Positions 31,900 to 43,455 of a stretch of 64,000 nt of DNA are shown piece by piece. This DNA comes from Burkholderiales bacterium (lineage in GTDB: Bacteria; Pseudomonadota; Gammaproteobacteria; Burkholderiales; SG8-39), in the NCBI GenBank assembly GCA_027493935.1, contig JAOSJV010000010.1, forward strand, positions 654,387-718,386, read 5' to 3'. Within the stretch, counting starts at the first letter, position 1; each line of letters starts with the position of its first letter. Position numbers and translations under genes: made by a program. The notes under the pieces were generated by a model. That model searched no databases. It saw only the letters and a list, made by a program, of their open reading frames with translations, and was not told the origin of the DNA.

Positions 31900-33850
31900 T
31901 CAGCGATGCACCGCCGGCGTGAGCACGAGGTGGAACCGCGACGAGTCGACGTGGACGAGCTCGCGCAGCCCGTCGCTCACCACGACCGAGATGCGGTCGC
32001 CGTGCCGCGCGAGACGTCGCAGCAGCCGCTCCAGGTGCGCGCGCTCGTGCTCGCGGAACGCTTCGATGCGCAGCGTGAGCGTGGCCGCGCTGCGGCGCAG
32101 GACGCGCTCCACCGGCCGCGCCGCACGCGCGAAGAAGCGCCGGTCGGGCCAGTCTTTCACCTCGAGTTCGAGCGCCGGCGAAGCCGTGTGCTCGCCGCCT
32201 AACCAGGTCAGCGCCACCTTGCCCCTCGCGCACGTAGCGCGCGAGGGCGCGTGAGACCGCCCGGCCGAGGCGATCGGCGGCGGCGGCGTGCCGCGCGACC
32301 GCGACGTCGAAGTGGCGCCGCACGTAGTCGCGCATGGCGAGTGCGCAGATCCAATCGAGGATTGCGAGCGGGATCTTGCGCGGCGCCGCGAGCGGCAGGC
32401 TGCGCAGGAAGTGATAGATGCGCCGCGGACCGCCGGGGATCAGGCCCCTGGCAGCGAACCGCCATAGGATCAGCGCGCGCTCGCGCGGCCCGTACGAGCC
32501 GCGGTAGAGCGGACGCCCCATGTGCGCGGCCTTGGCGCGCACGCGGTCGGCAATCGCGCGGTCGTCGAGCAGACGCGCATAAAGCTCGCGATACCCCGAG
32601 ACCATCTGTTCGTAGCCCATGCGCTTCGGCACCACGTTCGTGCCAAGCTTGCAGTTGTCCGAATGGGCGTCGTCCGGGATCAGCCGTCCCTCGCGCTCGA
32701 GCCTGGCCCACAGCGGCGTCTTGGGCAACGCCTTCAGCAGCCCGACCATCGCCGCCTGGATGCCCGAGTCCTGGATGAAGCGGTATTGATGCTCGAAGGC
32801 GTCCAGCGTGTCGTTGTCGAATCCGACGATGAAGCCGGCCAGCACGTCGATGCCGTGCCCGTAGATGCGCCGCACCGAGGTGAGCGCGTCCTCGTTCATG
32901 TTCTGCGTCTTGTGCGTCTCCTTCAAGCTCGCCGCGTCGGGCGACTCGATGCCGATGAACACCCACTCGAACCCGGCGGCGCGGAACAGCTCGAGCAGCT
33001 CGGCGTCCTGCGCCAGGTTGATCGACGCCTCGGTGCCGAACGAGAAGCGCCAGCCGTGGCGGCGCTGGTACTCGACCAGGAAGCGCAGCAGCGTCTTCGC
33101 CGCCGCCTTGTTGCCGATCAGATTGTCGTCGACGAAGAAGACGTTGCGCACGCCGCGCCGGCGCAGCTCGTCGAGCTCGCGGCCGACCTGCTCGGGACGC
33201 TTGAAGCGCGGCTTGCGGCCGAACATGACGATGATGTCGCAGAACTCGCAGCGATACGGGCAGCCGCGCGAGAACTGCAGCGTGGCGGTGGTGTACTGCT
33301 CGAGCCGGAGCAGATCGAAGCGCGGTACCGGAGAGTCCCCGAGCGATACCGCCCCGGTCTCGCGGTAGAGCGCGCGCGGCCGGCCGGCCGCGAATTCGCG
33401 GCAGAACTCGGGCCAGATGTACTCGGCCTCGCCGCACACGACCGTGTCGGCGTGCGCCGCGTAGGCCTCCGGGCAGAGCGAGGCGTAGCTGCCGCCGGCC
33501 ACGACGTAGAAGCCACGGTTGCGGTAGTAAGCGAGAAGCTCCTTCTGCCGCGGGTGCTGCACCCCCATGCCGCACACGCCGACGATGTCCGCCGCCGGCG
33601 CGAGCGGCACCGACTCGACGTTCTCGTCGACGATCGTCACCTCCCAATCGGCCGGGCAGAGCGCGGCGAGCGTCGCGAGCCCGAGCGGGGGGTTGACGGC
33701 CCGCTTGCCCGGCAGAATCTCGCCCACCGCCCAGCGGAAGCTCCAGAAGCTCTCGGGGAAGCGCGGATTGATCAGAAGCAGCCGCACCGGCCGGGCAGGC
33801 GCTGCGCCGTGCGCTTCGCCGGCCGCCCCTGGTGGATGTGCGTCGTTCAT
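31900..33850 (-). CDS. B12-binding radical SAM protein with C-terminal extension (frameshift at ~32222)
   Basis: PPLGLATLAA, VAGGSY, SRGCPYRCEFC, FVDDN, GIES, GFIVGFD; the C-terminus continues in 31900..32217. Confidence 0.85.
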
Positions 33851-34094
33851 TGTGATTGTCGTCCGCCGTGCGGCAAGCCGCGCCGTGGAACAGGCCATCA
33901 TGGCGACCCCGGGTGTCCCGCGCCGTGATCCACATCACGCGGTCCGCCGGTCTCGCGCAGAGGCGCCGCCTTCCCGAAATCCATCATCCGCGCGCGGGAT
34001 TCAACGGATAGGGCGTCCCCGGGGTTGCACACCGCCCCGTGTATCCTGCGAGCTCTGCGGCCGCGCCTCGTGCGGCCCATCCTCCGAGGAGCGC

Positions 34095-34799
34095 ATGAAC
34101 GCCAACAAACCGATCGCCGCCGACACGGCGGCCCCCGTCTCGGCGCGGATCCGGACGCGGCTCGTCGCCTCCGGAAAGCGCTTCCACGCCAACGACAACA
34201 TCGCCGAGTTCATCGAGGGCGAGGCCGAGCTCGCCGCGCTCGAGGCGGAGGTGGCAGCCAGGGCGCAGGCGCTGCTCGAGACGCTGGTGATCGACACCGA
34301 GAGCGACCACAACACCCAGGGCACCGCGCACCGGATGGCGCGGATGTTCCTGCACGAGGTGTTCCGCGGCCGCTACCACCCGATGCCCGCGGTCACCGAG
34401 TTCCCCAATGCCGAGCGGGTGAACGAGCTGATGATCGTCGGCCCGGTCACCGTGCGCAGCGCGTGCTCGCATCACCTGGTGCCGATCCTCGGCAAGCTGT
34501 GGATCGGCGTGCTGCCGAACGAGCGCTCGAACCTGATCGGCCTGTCGAAGTACTCGCGCATCGCCAACTGGATCATGAGCCGGCCGCAGATCCAGGAAGA
34601 GGCGGTGATGCAGCTCGCCGATCTGCTCGAGTCGCGCATGCGCCCCGACGGCCTCGCTCTCGTGATCGAGGCCGATCACTTCTGCACCCAGTGGCGCGGG
34701 GTGAAGGACGAGTCGCACATGGTGAACAGCGTGATGCGAGGCGCGTTCCTGCAGAACACGGCGCTGCGACGCGAATTCCTGCAGCTCGTGCGTTCCTGA
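34095..34799 (+). CDS. folE: GTP cyclohydrolase I
   Basis: SACSHHLVP, GLSKYSR, RPQIQE, HFCTQWRGV. Confidence 0.93.
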   Translation: MNANKPIAADTAAPVSARIRTRLVASGKRFHANDNIAEFIEGEAELAALEAEVAARAQALLETLVIDTESDHNTQGTAHRMARMFLHEVFRGRYHPMPAVTEFPNAERVNELMIVGPVTVRSACSHHLVPILGKLWIGVLPNERSNLIGLSKYSRIANWIMSRPQIQEEAVMQLADLLESRMRPDGLALVIEADHFCTQWRGVKDESHMVNSVMRGAFLQNTALRREFLQLVRS

Positions 34800-34815
34800 G
34801 CCGGCGCGCTTTCGC

Positions 34816-37800
34816 TCAAGCCGTGCTGGCTCGCGGCGCCTCGCTGCGCAGCGCTTGCACGAGTTCGCCGCGCCGCGCTCGCGCGCGCTCGAGCGATCTT
34901 GCGCGCACCGGCCCGAAGCCGCGCACGCGCTCGGGCAGCGCAGCGAGTTCGATTGCCGCCGCGTGCGTGCCGGCGTCGAGCCGCAAGAGGGCCGTCTCGA
35001 GCGCAGCCTCGTATTCCTCGCGCTCGGCAACCGCCGCCCTGTGCTCGGCCTGGCGCGCGAACGGATCGAGCGCCCCGCCGCGCAGGCCGCGCAGACGCGC
35101 GAGCAAGGCGAACGCCGGTGCAGCCCACGCGCCGAGCGAGCGCTTGCGCGTCTCGCCGGTGCGCGGGTCGCGCGCGCCGAGCCAGGCCGGTGCGACGTGC
35201 CAGCGCACGCGGTAGTCGCCCTCGAACGCCGCGTCGAGCCGGGCACGGAACGCCGGGCTCGCGAATACGCGCGCCACCTCGTACTCGTCCTTGTGCGCCA
35301 GCACGCGGTAATAGCCGCGCGCGACCGCCTCGGCGAGGGCGCTCGTCCCGAGGCGTTCGGCTTCGGCAGCGCGCACCCGCGCGACCAGCGCCCGGTAGCC
35401 CTGCGCAAGGCGTTCGCCCTGGTAGACGGCCAGCCGCCGTGCGCGGTCATCGACCAGCGCATCGAGCGCGGGCGGCGGCACGTCCTCGCCCACGAGCCGC
35501 GCGACGCCCTGCGGATCGGCCGCCGCCCGGCGTCCCCACCGGAACGCGCGCTGGTTCGGCGCGACTGCCACGCCGTTCAGCTCGATCGCGCGCAGGATCG
35601 CGTCCTCCGAGAGGGGGATCAAGCCGCGCTGCCAGGCGTAGCCGAGCAGCAGCACGTTCGCCGTGATCGGATCTCCCGTGAGCGCGGCCGCCAGCCGGTG
35701 GGCGTCGACGAGGTGCACCGCCCCCGGGGCGAGAGCGCGCTCGATCGTTGCGCGCAGCTCCGCGCCCGGGAAACGCCGCTCGGGCGCGAGCAGCAGTTCG
35801 CCGGTCGCGGTCGGCGCGACGTTCACCACCGCGCGCGTCGTTCCCTCGCGCATGCACGCGAGCGTCTCGCAGCTCGCAGTCGTGACGAGATCGCAACCGA
35901 GCACGACGTGCGCCTCGCCGGTGGCGATGCGCGCGGCATGGAGCTTCTCGGGCGCGGCGCAGACGCGCACGTGCGACGCAACCGCGCCGCCCTTCTGCGC
36001 CAGCCCCGCCTGGTCGAGCACCGTGGCGCCCTTGCCTTCCAGATGCGCGGCCATGCCGAGGATCGCGCCGATCGTCACCACGCCGGTACCGCCGATCCCG
36101 GCCACCAGGATGCCGTACGGCTCGGCGGCCTGCGGCAGCGCGGGCGCCGGCGGCGCGGGCAGCGCGGGCTCGTCGAGCGACGCCGCGGCCGGCTTGCGCA
36201 GCCGTCCGCCTTCGACCGTGACGAGCGCCGGGCAGTGGCCGGCAAGGCAGCCGTAGTCCTTGTTGCACGCATGCTGGTCGATCGCGTGGCGCGTTCCGAG
36301 CGGAGTCTCGACGTGCACAATCGCAAGGCAGTTCGACTTGGCGGCGCAGTCGCCGCAGTTCTCGCACACTTCCGGGTCGATCCACACCCAACGCGCCGGG
36401 TCGGCGAGCTCGCCGCGCCGGCGCCGGCGGCGCTTCTCGGCGGCGCAGGTCTGGTCGTAGATGATGGCCGAGACGTCCGGGTACTCGCGCAGCTCGCGCT
36501 GCACGCGCTCGAGCGCCTCGCGCGGCAGCACCGGCACGCCCGGCGGCAGCCCGGCGTCGCGACCGTAGCGCTGCGGCTCTTCGGCGACGACGACGATGCG
36601 CTCGACTCCCTCGTCGGCGAGCTGTCGCGCGATGCGGGGCACCGACAGCGGTCCCTCGACCGGCTGCCCACCGGTCATCGCCACCGCGTCGTTGTAGAGG
36701 ATCTTGTAGGTGACCGGGGTGTGTGTCGCGACCGCAGCCCGGATCGCGAGCGAACCCGAGTGATAGTAGGTGCCGTCGCCCATGTTGACGAACACGTGCT
36801 GCGTATCGGTGAAGCGGCGCACGCCGGTCCACGTCGCGCCTTCGCCCCCCATGTGACTGATGGTCCGCGTCTCGCGCCCCATCCATACCGCCATCAGGTG
36901 GCAGCCGACGCCGCCGAGCGCGACGCTGCCTTCGGGCACGCGCGTCGAGGCGTTGTGCGGGCAGCCGGGGCAGAACCAGGGCGCGCGTGCGAGCACGGTC
37001 GGCGTCGCGCGCAGCGCGCGCGCCTTGTGGTCGAGAAGCGCGAGCCGGTCCCTGATCCGGCTGGAGGTGTAGAAGCGCGCGAGGCGCGAGGCGATCGCGC
37101 GCGCGACGATTGCCGGGTTGTGGTCCATCAGCGGCGGCAGCAGCCACTCGCCATGCGGCAGTGCCCACTCGCCCTTCTCGTCGAACTTGCCGACCACGCG
37201 CGGGCGCACGTCCTCGCGCCAGTTGTAGAGTTCCTCCTTGATCTGGTACTCGATCAGGTGGCGCTTCTCCTCGATCACCAGGATTTCCTCGAGCCCCTCG
37301 GCGAAGCGGCGCACGCCCTCGGCCTCGAGCGGCCAGCTCATGCCGACCTTGTAGAGCCGGATGCCGATCTCGCGCGCGGCCGCCTCGTCGATGCCGAGAT
37401 CGTCGAGCGCCTGGCGCACGTCGAGATAGCTCTTGCCGGCGGTGACGATGCCCAGACGCGCACGCGGGCTGTCCCACACGATGCGGTCGAGCCTGTTCGC
37501 GCGCGCGTAGGCGAGCGCGGCATACACCTTGTACTGGTGCATGCGGTATTCCTGCGCGTGCACCGGATCGGGCCAGCGCAGGTTGAGGCCGTCGGGCGGC
37601 AGTTCGAAATCGGTCGGAAGCCGCGCGCGCACGCGGTCGGGATCGAGCACGACCGAGGCCGAGCTCTCGGCAAGATCGCCGACGAGCTTCAATGCAACCC
37701 AGCAGCCCGAGTAGCGCGACATCGCCCAGCCGTGCAGGCCCAAGTCGAGAATCTCCTGCACCGAAGCGGGCGCGAGCACCGGCATCGCGCAGGCCTTGAA

Positions 37801-38300
37801 GACGTGCTCGCTCTGGTGTGCGTGCGCCGATGATTTCGCCGCGTGGTCGTCGCCGGCGACCGCAAGCACGCCGCCGTGGCGCGCGGTGCCGGCGAAGTTG
37901 GCGTGCTTGAACACGTCGCCCGAGCGGTCGACGCCCGGGCCCTTGCCGTACCACATCCCGAACACGCCGTCGTAGCGCGCGCCGCGGAAGAGCGCGAGCT
38001 GCTGGGTGCCCCAGAGGGCGGTCGCGGCGAGATCCTCGTTCACCCCCCGGCTCGAACACGACATGGTGCGTCTCGAGGTGCGCGCGCGCCTGCCAGAACG
38101 CCTGGTCGAGGGCCCCCGAGCGGCGAGCCGCGATAGCCCGAAACGTATCCCGCAGTGTTCAGCCCGGCGGCGCGGTCGCGCGCGCCCTGCAGCATCGGCA
38201 GGCGCACCAGCGCCTGCATCGCGGTGAGGAACACCGACCCGCGCTCGAGCGCGTACTTGTCGTCGAGCGTGACCTGCCTAAGGCCTGCCGGCGCGTTCAT
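34816..38300 (-). CDS. Indolepyruvate:ferredoxin oxidoreductase family, fused alpha/beta, paralogue 1 (frameshifts at ~38115 and ~38045)
   Basis: SGYRGSPLGG, GVNEDLAAT, FCPGCPHN, GDGTYYHSG, NDAVAMTGGQ, CENCGDC, GIGGTGV, KDEYEVAR. Confidence 0.9.
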
Positions 38301-38423
38301 GGGATCGTCTCCACACGTTCCGTGCGTCCTCGCCTCCGCCGGCTCGCGCCGGCGGAAGTTCCAGGTAGCGGGCGGCGGTCAGTGGGCAGGGGGCATTGAA
38401 GCTCCTGTCGGCGCACGCCTCGC

Positions 38424-38450
38424 GCCCGCCGTCCGCTGCCCGCTGTCCGC
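38424..38450. repeat. Degenerate heptamer tandem run at a gene junction
   Basis: CCCGCCG TCCGCTG CCCGCTG TCCGCTC just downstream of the CoA transferase. Confidence 0.5.
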
Positions 38451-38456
38451 TCTTGC

Positions 38457-39649
38457 TCACCCGCATGCCACCGCCCCGGCCTGCGCCAGCGCGTCGATCT
38501 CGCCGTCGCGGTAGCCCGCCTCGCGCAGGCAAGCGCGGGTGTGCGCGCCGTACTTTCCCGGGAACGCAAGCTCGCGCCGCAACCCCGGCCAGTCCACTGC
38601 GGCCGGCTGCATGCGTACCGTTCGTCCGTCGGGCATGCGCGTCAGGGTAAGCTTCTCGTGCAGCGCCGCAAGTGCGCGCACCTGCGGGATGGTGTTGATC
38701 TGCGCGTTCGGGATGGTCGCGCGCGCGAGATCTGCGGCGAGCTCGGCGCTCGGGTGCCGCGCCGTGATCGCCGCGATCTCGCGCAAGATCGCCTTGCGCT
38801 CCGCCTGTCGGCCCTCGTTCGTCTCGCGCACCGGGTTGGCGAGCGGCGCGAACCTCGGCAGCGCGGTGAGCCGCCGCCACTGCGCGTCGTTGCCGATCGC
38901 CATGTAGATGAACCCATCGCGCGTCGGATACACGCTCGTCGGGATGAACTTGCGGTGCTCGTTGCCGGCGCGGGTGATCTCGTCGGGCCGGCAATCGAAG
39001 TCGACGAGCGGCAGGGTCGTGATCAGCCACGACGCCGCTGCCTGCAGCATGGACACGTGAATCGCGCGGCCCTCGCCCGTCTCGGCGCGCTCGGCGAGCG
39101 CGAGCATCACGCCGGCGTACACCTCGTCGCCCGCCTTGAGATCGATCAGCGGCACGCCGGAGAGCATCGGCGGGCCGTCCGGGTCGCCGGTGAGCTCCAT
39201 GTAGCCGACCATCGCCTGCAGCACCGGGTCGTAGCCGGGCGTGCCCGGATAATCCGGCCCGAGCGCAGAGATGCCGGCCCAGATGATGTCGCGCTTGGCC
39301 CGCTTGAGCGTCTCGTAGTCGATTCCGAAAGGCTGGTAGCGCTCCGGCAGCGTGTTGCAGCAGAAGACGTCCGCCCCGAGCGCCGCGACCATGCGGTGCA
39401 GCGCCTCGCGGCCGCGCGGGTCCTTCAGATTGAGCGCGACGGCCTGCTTGCCGACGTTCGGCGCGATGAAGTAGCTGCGGCGGTCGTCGTCGGCGACGCG
39501 GCTGCCGATGTAGCGGTTCGGATCCCCGGCAGTCCGCCGCCGCCGACCGCCTCGATCTTGATCACGCGCCAGCCGAGCTGGGCGAAGCGCAGCGTCGCGT
39601 ACGGCAGCGAAAGCGCCTGCTCCATGCTGACCACCGTGCGCGGCTTCAT
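38457..39649 (-). CDS. iaaL: Family III CoA transferase (CaiB/BaiF), IaaL-like (frameshift at ~39525)
   Basis: [32 protein letters not shown]; position after the Mo enzyme matches the iaa operon. Confidence 0.78.
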
Positions 39650-39680
39650 CGGTCGCGACCCTCGCGGCTCCGCCCGTCCT

Positions 39681-42077
39681 TCACTGCCCACTGCCCGCTG
39701 TCGACCGCTCGCACGCGCCCTGCGCATGGAGCGCGCGGTACACGTTCTCCGGCGTGAACGGCAGCTTGTAGATCCGCACGCCGGTCGCGTTGTAGATCGC
39801 GTTCGCGGTGGCCGCGGCGATGCAGATCGCCGGCGCCTCGCCCACGCCCTTCGCGCCGCGCGGGCCCTCGCCGTCCAAGGTCTCGATGAAGCTGATGTCC
39901 ATCTCCGGGATCTCGGGCGCGGTGACGAGCTTGTAGTCGCGGAACGCCGGATTACGGGTGGCGCCGTTCTCGATCACGAGTTCCTCGGTGAGCGCGTAGC
40001 CCTGGCCCATCACCACGCCGCCCTCGATCTGGCCCTCGATGCCGAGGCGGTTCAGCACCCGGCCGACGTCGTGCGCACCCCACACGTGCTTCATCCGGAC
40101 GATGCCGGTCTCGGTGTCGACCTCGACCTCGATCACCTGCGACGCCCACGCGTAGGCCGCCGACACGTCGCCCTTGAAGCCCTTGTCCTGGTGCTGCGAC
40201 GGCGGCTCGTAGTAGTGCGTGGTCATGACGAGCTCGGCCTTGTCCGAGAAGTGCAGCGAGCGCAGCAGCTTGGCGAGCGGCATGATCGCCTCGCCGTCGG
40301 CCGCCAGCACGATCATCCCGTTGCGCAGGTCGAGTACGGCGGCGTCGTGCCCGGTGACCTTCGCGGCGGCGGCCATGATCTTCTCGCGCGCCTTGCGCGC
40401 CGCACCGATCGCCGAGTTGCCGGCGATGAAGGTGGTGCGGCTCGCGTGCACGCCGACGTCCCACGGCGTGATGTCGGTGTCGTTGTTCACCACCGTCACC
40501 GCGTCGAGCGGCACGCCCAGCTCCTCGCAGACGAGCTGCGCGAGAACCGTCTCCGAGCCCTGGCCGATCTCGGAGGCGCCGGTCATCAGCGTGACGTGCG
40601 CGAAATCGTCGATCTTGAGGATCGTGCCGCAACCGTCCGAGGGATAGATCTTTGCTCCACCGCCGACGTGCAGCATCGAGGCGATGCCGACTCCGCGCTT
40701 GTAGCGGCCGGGTTTACCCCACTGTGCGCGGTACTCGCGGTGCTTGCGCTGGAAGTCGCTGCGGCTCGCCACCGTGCGCACGCAGTCCTTGAAGCCGCAG
40801 CTCTTGAAGTGCATCCCCTGTCCGGTCACCTCGCCCGGGTCCTGCGCGTTCCTGAGCCGGAACTCGAGCGGGTCGATGCCGAGCGCCTCGGCGAGCTTGT
40901 CCATGTGGCTCTCGACCGCAAAGGTGCCCTGCAGGTTACCGTAGCCGCGGAACGAGCCGGCGTAAGGGTTGTTGGTGTAGATCGCGCTGGTGTGGTATTT
41001 GCAATTCGGCACGCGATACAGCGACGAGATCGTCTGCATGATCACGAACGGCGTCGTGGCGCCCCACGACGTGTAGGCGCCATTGTCGTGCAGTGTCTCG
41101 ACCTCGCGGAAGGTGAGCGTGCCGTCCCGCTTCGCGCCGCTTCGCAGCCGCAGCACCACCGGCTGCCGGGTCGGCGAGACGGCGAACTCCTCCTCGCGCG
41201 TGAAGACGAGCTTCACCGGGCGCCTGGTCGCCCGCGCGAGGAAGATCGCGATCGGCTCGAACGGGTAGATGTCGAGCTTCGAGCCGAAGCCGCCGCCGAT
41301 CGGCGGCTGGATGATGCGGATGCGGCCCGGGTCGATGCCGAGCACGTCGGCGAACTCGCGCTTGTGCAGGAACGGCACCTGGGTCTGCGAGTAGAGCGTG
41401 AGCCCGCCGGCCGCGTCGAACTCGGCGATCACACCCGAGACGCCCATGCAGCAGTGCGTCACGTAGTGGAGCTGGAACGTGTCCTCGATCACGACGTCGG
41501 ACTCGGCCTCGCCCTGCGCCAGGTCGCCGTGCGCGTAATCGAAGGTCATCGCGACGTTGCCTTCCTTGCCCTCGTGCAGCAGCGGCGCACCGCGCTTGGC
41601 GGCCTCGGCGGCATCGAACAGCGGCGGCAGGTCCTCGTACTCGACCTCGATGAGCTTGAGCGCCGCGGCGGCGATTTCGGGCGAATCGGCCGCCACCGCC
41701 GCGATCTCGTCGCGCAGGCTGCGCACCCGGTCGCTCTTCAACGGCAGGTGGTCCTTGCCGACGCCGAGCGGGCGCTGGTAGGGCACGTCGGCCGCGGTGA
41801 TGACGGCGTGCACGCCGGGCAGCGCGCGCGCCTTCGAGACGTCGATGCGCTTGATGCGCGCATGCACCCGCGCCGAGCGCAGGATCTTCGCGTGCAGCTG
41901 CCCCGGCAGGTTCATATCGTGGATGTAGCGGGTCTTTCCGCTCGCCTTGTCCGGCGCGTCGAGCTTCGCGATGCGCTTGCCGATCAGAGAGTCCTTCGCG
42001 ATCTGCTTGGCGCCCGCCGGCGAACGCGCCTCGTGCGGCGCGACCGTCTCGACCTGGGCTTCGGGTGCGATTCCCAT
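39681..42077 (-). CDS. iaaK: Xanthine dehydrogenase family molybdopterin subunit, IaaK-like
   Basis: [31 protein letters not shown]. Confidence 0.8.
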   Translation of the reverse strand: MGIAPEAQVETVAPHEARSPAGAKQIAKDSLIGKRIAKLDAPDKASGKTRYIHDMNLPGQLHAKILRSARVHARIKRIDVSKARALPGVHAVITAADVPYQRPLGVGKDHLPLKSDRVRSLRDEIAAVAADSPEIAAAALKLIEVEYEDLPPLFDAAEAAKRGAPLLHEGKEGNVAMTFDYAHGDLAQGEAESDVVIEDTFQLHYVTHCCMGVSGVIAEFDAAGGLTLYSQTQVPFLHKREFADVLGIDPGRIRIIQPPIGGGFGSKLDIYPFEPIAIFLARATRRPVKLVFTREEEFAVSPTRQPVVLRLRSGAKRDGTLTFREVETLHDNGAYTSWGATTPFVIMQTISSLYRVPNCKYHTSAIYTNNPYAGSFRGYGNLQGTFAVESHMDKLAEALGIDPLEFRLRNAQDPGEVTGQGMHFKSCGFKDCVRTVASRSDFQRKHREYRAQWGKPGRYKRGVGIASMLHVGGGAKIYPSDGCGTILKIDDFAHVTLMTGASEIGQGSETVLAQLVCEELGVPLDAVTVVNNDTDITPWDVGVHASRTTFIAGNSAIGAARKAREKIMAAAAKVTGHDAAVLDLRNGMIVLAADGEAIMPLAKLLRSLHFSDKAELVMTTHYYEPPSQHQDKGFKGDVSAAYAWASQVIEVEVDTETGIVRMKHVWGAHDVGRVLNRLGIEGQIEGGVVMGQGYALTEELVIENGATRNPAFRDYKLVTAPEIPEMDISFIETLDGEGPRGAKGVGEAPAICIAAATANAIYNATGVRIYKLPFTPENVYRALHAQGACERSTAGSGQ

Positions 42078-42082
42078 CGTGC

Positions 42083-42559
42083 TCACTCCTTCGGCTGCGC
42101 GGCCGCCGCGATGGCGTCCACGATCTTCACGTAACCGGTGCAGCGGCAGAGGTTGCCCTCGATGCCGCGCTTGATCGCCTCGCGATCGAGACTGGCGCCG
42201 AGCGAGTCGATGAGGTGCTTCGCCTGCACCATCATCCCAGGCGTGCAGAATCCGCACTGCACCGCCCCCGCCTGCACGAACGCGTCGCGCAGGCGCTCGC
42301 CGACCGGCGTGTCCACGACGCCCTCGACAGTGGTGACCGATCGGCCGTCACAGTCCGCCGCGAACATCAGGCAGGAGTTCAGCGACAGCCCGTCGACGAT
42401 GACCGTGCACGCGCCGCACTCGCCCTCGCCGCACGCGTACTTGGTGCCGGTCAGCCCGATCACCTCGCGCAGCATGGCGAGCGTGCTCATGTCCGGCGCC
42501 ACCGCAACCGTGCGCTCGGTGCCGTTCAACGTGAAGCTGATCTCAACCTTCGGCGACAT
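42083..42559 (-). CDS. iaaJ: XDH family 2x[2Fe-2S] subunit, IaaJ-like
   Basis: CGEGECGACTV, QCGFCTPG, GNLCRCTGY. Confidence 0.8.
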   Translation of the reverse strand: MSPKVEISFTLNGTERTVAVAPDMSTLAMLREVIGLTGTKYACGEGECGACTVIVDGLSLNSCLMFAADCDGRSVTTVEGVVDTPVGERLRDAFVQAGAVQCGFCTPGMMVQAKHLIDSLGASLDREAIKRGIEGNLCRCTGYVKIVDAIAAAAQPKE

Positions 42560-43406
42560 CTGTCAGCATCCTCTTGACCATGTTGTGCACGAGCTCGCGG
42601 CGGTACCACGCGGAGGCGCGCACGTCCGAGATCGGCCGCGCGTCGTCGCGTGCGGCAGCGGCCGCCGCCTCGATGACCCCGGTCTCCAGCGGCCGGCCCT
42701 CGAGCGCCGCCTCCGCGCCGGGGCTGCGCATCGGCGTCGGCGCCACCGCACCGAGTGCGAGCCGCACCTGACGCAGCGTCCGTCCTTCCCTCACGGCAGC
42801 GAGCCCGAGCGAGATGGCCGAGATGTCGAGGCCCAGCCGCGTGCCGAACTTGTAGAAGCGCTGCACGCTCCCGGCCGCCGGCAGCGGCACGAGCACGGCC
42901 GTCAGCAGCTCCATCGGCTCGCGCCGCGTTCTGCCCGGGCCGACGACGAATTCGGCGAGCGGCACGGTCCGCGTGGACACCGCACCATTCGGCTTGGACG
43001 CGAGCTCGACCGCGGCACCGAGCGCGACGAGCGGCACCAGCGTGTCGCCGGCCGGCGAGGCGTTGCATACGTTTCCGCCGAGCGTGGCTGCGTTCCTGAT
43101 CTGGCTGCTCGCGAAGTGCTCGCACGCCTCGCCGAGGATCGGCAGGTGCCGGCGCACGAGCTCGCTCGCCATCAACTCGCTGATCGTCGTCAGGGCACCG
43201 ATGTGCAGCGCGCCGTTGGCGAGCACCACCCCGTGCAGCTCCGCGACCCGCCGCACGTTGACCAGCCGACGCCCGAGCGGCGTCTTGCCCGACTGGCTCT
43301 GCGGCATGAGATCGGTGCCACCGGCGAGGATCGTCGCCCGGCCGCCACGCATCGCCTCGAGCGCCTCGTCGAGGCGCTTCGGTGCGACGTAAGTATCGAC
43401 TGTCAT
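42543..43406 (-). CDS. iaaI: XDH family FAD subunit, IaaI-like
   Basis: LAGGTDL, IRNAATLGGN, ASPAGD; no HcrB-type Cys-rich [4Fe-4S] insert. Confidence 0.8.
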   Translation of the reverse strand: MTVDTYVAPKRLDEALEAMRGGRATILAGGTDLMPQSQSGKTPLGRRLVNVRRVAELHGVVLANGALHIGALTTISELMASELVRRHLPILGEACEHFASSQIRNAATLGGNVCNASPAGDTLVPLVALGAAVELASKPNGAVSTRTVPLAEFVVGPGRTRREPMELLTAVLVPLPAAGSVQRFYKFGTRLGLDISAISLGLAAVREGRTLRQVRLALGAVAPTPMRSPGAEAALEGRPLETGVIEAAAAAARDDARPISDVRASAWYRRELVHNMVKRMLTDVAEG

Positions 43407-43420
43407 GTACTCACCTTGTT

Positions 43421-43453
43421 TCCACCGTCCACCGTCCACTGCCGACTGTCCAC
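43421..43453. repeat. Heptamer tandem run at a gene junction
   Basis: TCCACCG TCCACCG TCCACTG CCGACTG TCCAC. Confidence 0.6.
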
Positions 43454-43455
43454 GT

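Noticed and set aside
33851-34094. Riboswitch (cobalamin or folate-related) between the radical SAM gene and folE
   Set aside because: No recognisable B12-box or other conserved aptamer motif by eye; an Infernal search would be needed to exclude one.
39681-43406. 4-hydroxybenzoyl-CoA reductase or aerobic CO dehydrogenase
   Set aside because: The FAD subunit lacks the HcrB [4Fe-4S] insert, the large subunit lacks the CoxL AYxCSFR motif, and the context fits IaaIJK.
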